NCBI GenBank assembly: GCA_051362555.1
Contig: CM120640.1
Coordinates: 58,196,788 to 58,260,787 of the forward strand
Source of the DNA: Lingula anatina
Taxonomy: Eukaryota > Animalia > Brachiopoda
DNA: 64,000 nt
Direction of reading: 5' to 3'
Part shown: in pieces, positions 54,322 to 64,000 of the stretch
Numbering within the stretch: position 1 is the stretch's first letter
How the letters are laid out: every line of letters begins with the position of its first letter
The notes under the pieces: generated by a model
The model's database searches: none
Told to the model about the DNA's origin: nothing
Seen by the model: the letters and a program-made list of their open reading frames with translations, nothing else
Translations under genes and position numbers: made by a program

Positions 54322-57300
54322 ATGAAGATAGCCACGCCAGAGATTTCTTGGCATGGCCGTGAACCAATCTACAGTGCGGATATACAACACATAGAGGGCA
54401 GTATAACCAGACTGGCAACTGGAGGGTTAGAAAAAACAATAAGGGTAGGTGTTGAACTACAAAACACCCCAATGATCACAGACATATCAACAGTTAGGAA
54501 TATTTTCCAGGTGCAAAACATGGTTAACTTTGATATAAAGTTGTACATTTTATATCCTATTGTATCTTTTGAAAGAAATACACTTGAATAATTTGCTTTG
54601 ATGTTGTCTTACAGTTATGGGAAGTCAAAGTGGGATCAGATGGAAAGGCATATGTGGAATTTTTATCCAGTTTAACAAGACATAACAGGACTGTGAATGT
54701 TGTCAGGTTTTCGCCAAATGGTATGTTGGAAATAGTTTGAAGAAACCAGTTCATGATGTTCTGTTTTCATATATTTTATTGTAACTTTTCATTTTGAACT
54801 ATTAAAATTTGAAATAAGTATTCAAGCAACAGAAAATAACAATTGGCTTTTATGTAATGTGGGAGAAGTATTCATCCTTATTTTACCTGTAATGTAATGT
54901 GATCCATATATCACTTCTATTGCAGGTTTTTATCTTGCATCAGGAGGAGATGGTAAGTGAAGTTTGCAACTTGTGGTATTTGTGTTTATACTAGGTTTTA
55001 AGTTATGTTAACAATCAGTTGATAGGAAAAAATGACAATGTCCTACCATGATAGTAATGTAACATTTTCAGGAGATAAATTAAGTTTCTAAGCTATAACA
55101 GTGATAAGGCATTCTTTATAAATGGAGGAATAGTTATGTAAAAATGTGTAGTTGTTGGGTAGTCACCTCCCAAAATACTGAGTCTTAATAAAACAATTTG
55201 ATTGTGATTTTAACATATAATTATTATCACTTCCTTTTATTTTTTAAGTGTTTTCTGTCTTTCTTTCAAGATGCTGTTATTATTTTATGGAAGTTGAATG
55301 ATAATGCTCCACCCACCAACAACCTGTTTGGTGAAGATGATGAGGACTGTAAGGAAGTTTGGACTTCTGCCAAAACATTAAGGTATGTGTCTCTTTCATT
55401 AAGCAACATGATCTTGTCTGATACTCTTTAAATTTAACTGGCCTGTCATGGATTAAGTTTATTGCTAATGGTATTTTGTCTACAACTCTTAATGTAGATT
55501 GTTAAAAGGTTGGCCTAATATGGCTTTGCCAGTCTATGCCAAAAACTTCATAGGCTACTTGCTCTATGGGCAATCGGGGTCTAAAAGTGGGCTAGTGATG
55601 TATACAATTTTAACTTTTTTACTACCCCAATGCATTTAAGGTGGGCAGTTGCCTCTGGCTTGTGCCTTACAGCATAGATAACTTTGCAAGCTCACATGGA
55701 TAGAACATTTTGCTTAGACCTATGCTGCTACATTTTCTCCATGAGACAGTTTAGATTATTCTTTTTCTTATTTCCAGAGGTCACTTGGATGATGTATCAG
55801 ACTTGAGCTGGTCATCTGATGGTCACTATCTTATCTCAGGGTCAGTGGACAATAGTGCCATCATGTGGGATGTGAGGAAGGGACACAACTTGGCCATATT
55901 TAAAGACCACAAAAGTTTTGTACAAGGAGTGGCCTGGGATCCCCTCCACCAGTATATGGCAACTTTGAGTGCAGACAGGTAACTTTAAAGTCGTAATAAC
56001 TCTTCGTTTTGGCCAAAAATTGGATTTTCCTGGAAAAAACGGCAATTTTCCCGAACTTACCAATGGCCAACAACCCCATTCCTGCATTCAAAGTTAATCC
56101 AGGTTTTTTTTCCTAAACGTACGGTTTTTTGTTAAAATCTCTTAAGAGATTTTAACTGACGGAGCTCTTTCTGACATTGCAAAGTCACTGGTGACCTACT
56201 TAAAACCGCGGGAAAAGCAGACAACAACAACACTATATAAGATTCATGAGATATATTCGTCTTTTTGTTAAAAATGCATTTATATCCACAATGTGTGCCA
56301 TTCTGGGCTTTTCGTTATCCGACGCACTGTACAAAAACTCGCAACTTACGTCTGAGGGTTTCCCGCCATGTTATTTTGGTCTCGAATGAACGCGAGAATC
56401 CGCGTGACACCATTACGTCATTAGCAACGAATGCACTTGTCGACCGGAAAAAAGGGATTGAAAGCCCTATTGACAAGCACAGATTTTAGTTTTCCTACAA
56501 TAACGGCCATTTTAGTGGTAAAATACAATAGAATATATTTCCATGCGTTGTTTACAATGTATTTCATGCGGATTTTTGAATCTCAAAGGAAGAGTTATTA
56601 TTGCTTTAATTGTTTAGGGCTGAAATAAGTGGCAAATTGAACAGTTAAATTGTTGACAGATGCTTTTTAAGTTAGTGATGTGTTTTAGTCATATTTTTGC
56701 ACTTCCACAAATTTATTAAGAGGTATGGCTGAAATGACATCAACATGCCACACTGTTAATATGTTAATATTATGATTATGAAGAGAAAAATATAAGATGA
56801 TTTTAGTTAGTGTTTTTTGTTTTTCAAACAGGTCTTGTCGCATCTACAGTGTATCAAGCAGAAGCTGCACAAAACACATTTCTAAGGGACCAGCACTTAA
56901 CACCAGCACAGAGGATGTCAAACCAAAAGCTCCCAGACTGTTCCATGATGATACCATGAAGTCCTTCTTTCGTCGTTTGACCTTCACCCCAGACGGGGAA
57001 CTCCTTATTGTACCTTCAGGTTGCTGGGAGAGTGAGGAAGGAAGTCAAAATACAACGTACATCTTTTCCAGAGATTCTCTCTCTAAGTGAGTGAAAGGAT
57101 TTTTCAGTTATTAATGTGAAATGCACATTGTTAATCAGGCAAGTTTTAGTGACATGTTCTGAAAATTTGTCTAGTATATTTATTTAATTAATGGAGCCTT
57201 TAAAATGACAAACCCTAATACACCATGTCTTTACTTCTAAAGCCTCTTCTATACATTGTTTTTCATCAGGCCGGTAATGCACTTGCCAGGCCCATCTAAA

Positions 57301-58336
57301 GCGACTTTAGCTGTCAGATGTTGCCCTATTCTGTTTGAATTAAGGAAGATACCCAGAGACACTTGTGAAGGTAATATCATAAAGACATGTCTTAATATAA
57401 ATTAAATAATTATAGCAAATAAATGTGGAAATAAGCATGTGTTAAGCGTCATCTGATGGTGAGTTTTTATGTAAAATTTTCATTATTTCATGTTATATTT
57501 TTCTTTGCAGAAATGGAGACAGACCAAAAGGAGGTAGAAAATAATGAATTGAAAGAGTGGGAAAAGTATTCCACAATGTTCAAGTAAGTTTCTCTGTCAG
57601 AAAAAAATGTTTGGCAGAAAGAATCCAACAATTGTTGTCCAAAGTTATACTGAAAGATTGTTGTATAATGAGAACACTGTACGATGGGAAATTTTACTCA
57701 CTTCAAATATTTGAAAGGCATACATATTATGTCATAAGCAAACTTAATAGCTATCTTTAATATGACATCTTATTATTTTCTTATGATTTTTATGTCATTC
57801 ACAACTCTTATTTCATAAATAAGTATACCATTTACAATTTTAAAGGAAAAGAGAAATTTTAGATCTAAACTATTTTCCAGTTTGCCATACAGAGTAGTAT
57901 TTGCTGTGGCCACAGAGGATGCAGTACTTTTATATGACACTCAGCAACCTCACCCTTTTGGTTACATTGCCAATACCCATTATCATCAGCTTAGTGATCT
58001 CACCTGGTAAGTGACAGTTCTCTCCTGTGTGCCTTTCTTTATATACAGACACTGTCCAACACATGGCATTCACCCTATAACTGCCAAACTGCATTTTTAT
58101 GTTAAATTTACCGAAAAGCTTTGTTTGGTAAAAAGGCAGGTTACTTATGAAAATTGTCAGGTCAGTTTACATTTAGTTTTTTTTTTTTTTTTTTTAAGTG
58201 AAAGTTTCATTTTTCACACATTACCATTTTCAGTGGCTTTTATATCCCATGGAACTGAATCACTTGCTAGTTTTTCAATTTCCATGTTACCTGTAGTACA
58301 TAATGGAACAGTGCATTAGAATTGGCCAAAACATTT

Positions 58337-58390
<54 letters not shown>

Positions 58391-60170
58391 TGTAATGTCT
58401 AAACATTTGACAGCTTTGCGGCCTTGTTTCCTGTATGGTGTCTGTATATTTGCCGGTTTTGCTGTCTAGTTTTGCACCATAATTTCTATTTATAATAAAA
58501 GTGTGTGAGTATATATTTATTTGTTTATTATAATGTATCTATATAACTTAACATTTTGGCCAGTAAGTCTGATAAATCTATCTCTCTATAAAAATTATTT
58601 TGAAGAATCTATATATATCAGCAATGTTTTGACAAAAAGTTCAATATGTCATTAGGTCCAAGGATGGGCGTGTTCTAGTGGTCGCATCAACGGATGGGTA
58701 CTGCACTCTGGTTACATTTGAAGAAGGGGAGTTGGGTGAAGCATCTCAACACCTTTCCATCAGCACACAGAAGGTGGAAGAAGAAAAACTTAAGATACTG
58801 AAAGTATGTACGATATGTTATTATACCAGGCTATGTCACCCTCTAAGCAGGACAGCAATTGTTATTTATTCAAACTTTATATTTGAACCAGTAGATAAAG
58901 AAGTATTAAACTTTAAGGATATTGAAATATGTGGAACATTTCTGAAATATATAAAGTAGTTTATTCTATAAATTAAGCACTAATATTGGCAAGCTGTTTC
59001 TTTCCAGAAGCAAAATGCAGACAAGCAAAAGCGCAGTGATGAGGCCATTTCAAAGAAAGTTGCTTCTACTATGCCACCCCCAACAGAGGTACAACAAATT
59101 CAGGTGAAACGAAAGGAAAACAAAAGGTATATTTGGCTTTCATCAATGTGTGTCATAAATAATAATATCACCATATAAATGTTTAAAAGCAAATTTTGCA
59201 CATTCCAATGTGTTGATTGAAAAAAAAACCTTCCCACTATATTGTCTGTAGGTGTTTAAAATTCCTTTGCTTCCTATATAAATGTGAATAAATTTTATTT
59301 CTCCAAGTGGTGACAGCCAACCCAAAAGAGTCAACTTAACTCCAGTGACAGGTGGTCAGGTGTCACAAGATGCACCCAAACCAAAGCGTGCACAGCTAAT
59401 CACCCTGTCATCACCAGAGCTGCTGGATGGGAATAAGGTATAAGTGAGAATGGTTATTTGGTTATTAAGGCATGATATTTTTTCAGATAATAAGAGGAAT
59501 TCAGTTTAACTTTCCTGGGACCTTAACACAGGTTGATTCATTCCGTTTTAAACATGGTGCTGTATCATCCACTAAACTACAATTGTTATTGTGTTCATTA
59601 AAGTGGCGGATTTAAACTTTGATTAGTCAAGCATTCTAATCATCAAAAAAAGATTAGTGTTATAGATTGGGTCAGTATTTTTACTTTTTTTTAAAGTAAA
59701 GTTGTTTTTTTCTTCCACAGACTGAGGAAAAGAACATAAGCCATGACTCCTGCACCCAGGATCTCCAACTGGTGCTGGAAGTTTCCAGCGAGGATGAAAC
59801 AGACCAGGAAAAGAAAACCAAAAAGTCAATGCAGACAGCATCAACACAGCCAGAGACCTCTAAAGGCAGCCCAAGGCGAGTAGAGCTAATCACTATTGCA
59901 CCTTCAACTCCGCCCAACCAAGCTACTCCTGTAGCTAGAATCGTACAGGATGAGAACTCCAAAAAGACCAGCAGTCCAAGGAGAGTACAATTGATGACAC
60001 TAGAGAGTTCTGTGGTTTCTGAAAATTCTAAGCAATCTTCACCAATCCAAAGTAAACCCCTCAAAAATTCCCAAGAAAATGTTGCCAGGATGAATGACAA
60101 TTCTTCCACAAGTGCACCACAGCCAAGAAGGGTTACATTAACAACGATTAAGCAGAATGAAGAAAATTGA
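54322..60170 (+). CDS. CHAF1B: Chromatin assembly factor 1 subunit B (CAF-1 p60; WD40 domain plus a C-terminal tail with B-domain-like motifs), 13 coding exons
   Basis: [20 protein letters not shown]; [21 protein letters not shown]; 27-nt exon FYLASGGD (54926-54952); [28 protein letters not shown]; [13 protein letters not shown]; [28 protein letters not shown]; [13 protein letters not shown]; [11 protein letters not shown]; [24 protein letters not shown]; tail with RRV-x-L motifs. Stop TGA ends at 60170. Confidence 0.97.
55989..56605. mobile_element. Non-autonomous Kolobok-type DNA transposon (617 bp) in a CHAF1B intron
   Basis: TTAA flanks both ends (55985-55988, 56606-56609). Imperfect 17-bp TIRs AGTCGTAATAACTCTTC ... 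GAAGAGTTATTATTGCT. A TTAA TSD with 5'-AG termini fits Kolobok rather than piggyBac (CCC termini). CpG-rich interior. Confidence 0.8.
58086..58475 (-). repeat. Second copy of the old dispersed repeat at 25567-25945, interrupted by T-tracts and (TG)n
   Basis: Shared blocks aaggcaggttacttatgaaaatt...gtttacattta and tatatttgccggttttgctgtctagtttt. Confidence 0.55.
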
Positions 60171-61225
60171 CAACATATCTTGCAGATGTTTGCCATTTTT
60201 CGTCTTGGATGAGGTCTGGATCACTTTGTCAGATTATAAATTTTTATGAAAAAAGTAAATAACATTTTTGTGTGTATACCTCTAAAGGGCAAGAAGAAAA
60301 GAAATACAACTAAACATCTCTAAAAGTATTTTCTGCCACTCCAATATTTGGCTAGTCTAGATATCCATTTTATAAGGTGGCATTGCCCATAAATGCATGT
60401 TGATGTGTTTGTTGTTCATACTTAAAAAAGTATTTATATTGTATAAAGCAGTAGCCAAGAAGGCTTGTTGCAGGTCAACCACAACCGAAAAATATTGACA
60501 GCCAAATGTTCAGTTTCAGTTTTCAAATATCAGCGTCTACTTTTTCTCTAAGTTTGTTGTAGTAACAGGCATCATGCCCATATCTTGTGGCAAGTGATCT
60601 GAGAATAATAATTTTTTACACATGGGCCTTCTTGTTGTGAATATTTTTTGTCCAATATTTAGCCTCATTTTAATTTTCCATTTAATTCAATCACAAAATA
60701 ACAGCCAGCTTTTTATTATAAAATCATTTTATTGTACTTCATGTACCTTTTTCAAATACAAGTAATATTTGTCACACAAGCCTATTCACATGCTTTGAAT
60801 TTTGAGACCAAGTCATGAAAACTTTGCAGCAAATGTTATTGCAATAATTTACTTTTAAAACCTCTTAACTATTAAGAACCCAGGCAATTAATTGGGTCAT
60901 TTCAGCTGTTCCCCAAAGGTCCAGATCCCCACAATAGTGTTTGTTTTTAATCATAATTTTGTTCTTTATTCATGCCCTAGAATTACCTAGGCGAAATTTT
61001 TCTTTCTCCCAAAGGGAAATTAATCATAAGTTCTTGTGACACTAGTTTCATTCCAAAATGTGCTGGGTATATCTGTAACTTTAGGATAAATGCCAAGGAA
61101 AGGTACAATATATATTTATATTAACTGGCCTTATTACAATTTTCACCTACAAAATGTTAAAGAATGATATAATAAAAAAGAAGTGATTTTCAGCAATAAT
61201 TTAGACAATATTATCTTTAAGTTAA

Positions 61226-64000
61226 TTAAAGTTTTGCTGTATCCAGTTGCTCTTTATATTCCGTGAACAGTCTTTGGAAGCGCAAATTGGAACCAACTAT
61301 TGGCAAAATTTCTTGTAACAAATGACGCTTGCCCAGGCCCTGTTGAGTGAAACAAATATCCTTTTCAAACAAAAATTCAACCTTCAATCAATAATTTAAA
61401 AATAAATCCTCTAAAATCATAACAAGAAAAATTATTTTAAAAATTAAAATGAATATTGGCTTACACTCTGATCATATCACACTCACACGGACTTAATAAT
61501 GACTTTCTTAGGTCACTGAAAACAAAACCATGTATGACTCTAAAAAAATTATTTCTAATTTTGCGAGTTCATCACAATCTATCAAAATTCGTTATGTAGC
61601 AAGTTAAAAGTAAAAAGGCCATTATCCCACTAAATAACTTACCAAAGTATGAGATTCCCATGACGAAGCAGTCTTGCTTTTGTACACTGGACCAAGTAGT
61701 TCATCACAAACCTCACGAATTTTTGCTTCAACACCTTTAATTGAAAATGCCAAAATATTGATGAGGAATATGCCATATGTTCAGAGATATGACTCCATTC
61801 ATTACAAAACACTGAAGGCAAAAATCTGCTATTTTCACTTAAATATTACACACACATATTGGAAATATCTCCATAATTATGCTCTAGTTCTGTACCTTCT
61901 TGCACTAGATATCTCATGTACGTCAATAGCCAAAACTTGTACTCTTGACTGGATTTCAATGCTAAGGCTGCTGCAACTTGGTTCTCCAGATGAGTCATAG
62001 TGGAAGCTTGCTGGGCCACATGTCCTGTCCTAAACAGCTGACCTGCTTGCTGACTGGCTCTGGAATGAAAATATGATCAGGCTTCACAGAGAGCAACGGC
62101 CCTATAATCTGTCAAGACCTCAAACTTGATCTGTTCAATTCAAGGTAAATCCATAATAGTCGAAGAACATGTTGGGAAGGCATATTGTCTTTCATAAATA
62201 GGGAGAATGGGCCTGTCAATGAGCAAATGTGTACCTTCTCTCTCTCCTTTCATCCCATTCCTCCCCTTTTCCACTTTCGGTTAAATCAAGTCAGTTACAG
62301 TCACCCTAAATTATAAATGTGTGCCATTATAAAGAGTTTACAGATATTTAATCTCCATCTACCTTTGTTTCTTCAGCTGAAGTGCTGACAGTGGCCCAGT
62401 CATTTTGTGTCCACCCTCCTTTGGTATACAGGAATGATGGTCAGAGCAGCTGGCCAGAGGGTCACCACTGGATGCAAGCTGGACCCTGAACAGATACTTA
62501 ATGTGATCATCTTTCTTCAGGGGAATAATATAAAAGTGATGTTTGTTCATTACAAATAATGGGATTGGACTGTAACAAGATTTAACCCAACCATAAGATA
62601 TAACCGTAAGTTTTTTTTTTTAAATAAAGACATTATCATCAACTGGATATAATTGTCAAAGCTAGAGTAAGCCCTGGGAACCAATCCCTAACACCAGCAA
62701 CCTAAACACCACACATAAATACCCTGGATTCCTCAAAAATTGCCATAAAACATACTGCAAAAGATCTCATTGTAATATCTCACCATGCCCCCATGTCTGG
62801 CTTGAAGGTGTAAGCTTTCCCTGTCGACAGTGAGATCACTGGGATACCCTGGGCTGTCAACATGGAACTTTCTATCTGGACATTATTACCTGCATTATAA
62901 GAGTTTGAAACCATGTAAGGAATGGAGCTGTCAACATGGAGCCCTCTATGTGGACATTAATATCTGAACTACAAAGATAAGCATCACAAAAGTAACAAAC
63001 TAAAATGCTTATTTAATGGACATTATGTGCACTTCCCTCAAATATGTACTTGGAAGTGGATTCCCCCCCTCCCCCCCCAAAAAAATTTTTTTTTAAGTTC
63101 ACAAATTATTTAAAATACATTTCTTAAATGTTTCCCAAAAGTATAGCATACCTGGTATTATTGATATGACAGATTCATTTTTTATCACAGCTGTCATGCT
63201 TTGAACATTCCTGAAAATGAAAATTTTATGGCATTTGTTAGTATCTTAAATATGACAGTATCCAAAGGCAAAATATATATCAACCAGAACTGAAAGTTGC
63301 TGAAAGTTAAACAATAAAAAATTCAGGGAACACAGTAGATATCAACCAAAATAATGAGGCTCATCTACAATGCTAGTTTTCATACAAACAAAACTAGACA
63401 AAAACTAGATGTTACAAGGATGGTGCTCCAAAGAGCAAAATACCAATACGTTTTAGCTTCTTTTACCTACAAGTCTACTCAACAATTTTTAAATCCAGAA
63501 TACAATAACGGATCGTTTTTCTTTATGTTCTACTTACCATACATACAGACCCCCCTGTGAAGTGACAGCCATTACATAATACCCTATGACATGTAGTATA
63601 GAGAGCTGCGAGTGCAACATCATAGAGGGACACAGCTTTCGGCCAGCTGGGGAATAAATATGGAGACTGCTGTCTTCACAAGCACAGCAACATACATTAC
63701 TGAAATTGAAGTAACATTATATCAATAATGAAAACTTAATCACTGTATCATATTGACAAATATTAAGTGTTGAATGATTCTGAAATGATTTTTATTTCCT
63801 TGTCTTGACCTTTGTCATAAGATGTGACGTGAGTTTATCTGTTATACATTTATATTATATGGTTTTTATTAAGTATCTGGACTCACGTGAAAACTGAGAT
63901 ATTTACTAATGTAAATACAACCATGCATATACGCAACCATATTCAGTAAATATACCTATTTCCTGCAATGACCACTCCTTTGCTAGCCAGCACACTCTCC
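61226..64000 (-). CDS. HIRA: Histone H3.3 chaperone HIRA, C-terminal HIRA domain (last 8 exons; 5' part beyond the window)
   Basis: Exons 64000-63956, 63699-63538, 63210-63152, 62889-62784, 62485-62363, 62059-61896, 61734-61643 and 61339-61226 splice in frame. Translation: CACEDSSLHIYSPAGRKLCPS..YVMAVTSQGGLYVW..LTAQGIPVISLSTGKAYTF..W..GPLSALQ..TMTHLENQVAAALALKSSQEYKFWLLTYMRYLVQEGVEAKIREVCDELLGPV..GLGKRHLLQEILPIVGSNLRFQRLFTEYKEQL*. This closely matches the human HIRA C-terminus. The ORF track misses most of it. Confidence 0.96.

Overview
AT-rich animal genomic DNA with compact multi-exon genes and GT-AG introns. It is probably from an invertebrate; the repeat types resemble those of lophotrochozoans, but this is inference. 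Six genes can be rebuilt exon by exon: DDX52/ROK1 (-, 3' end off the left edge), a C6orf89/BRAP-like membrane protein (+), CNK/CNKSR scaffold (+), POLQ (-), CHAF1B/CAF-1 p60 (+) and the 3' part of HIRA (-, runs off the right edge). DDX52 and the C6orf89-like gene are head-to-head. POLQ and CHAF1B appear to share an E2F/CHR-type divergent promoter. CHAF1B is tail-to-tail with its paralog HIRA. The ~7 kb upstream of the POLQ start codon is full of repeats: a decayed vertnin/OTU-like coding remnant, Helentron/HINE-type elements, 160-bp and 337-bp tandem arrays and a palindromic mini-element. Introns also hold a Harbinger-type MITE, a Kolobok-type MITE and isolated long hairpins. I found no prokaryotic-type system, CRISPR array or intact transposase. 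The best candidates for something new are the POLQ-CHAF1B-HIRA cluster, five ASF1-binding-like motifs in p60, and hidden alternative exons in CNK (a UGC-flanked 12-nt microexon and a Cys-rich alternative first exon). All gene models are manual and unverified by RNA data; exon coordinates may be off by a few nt.
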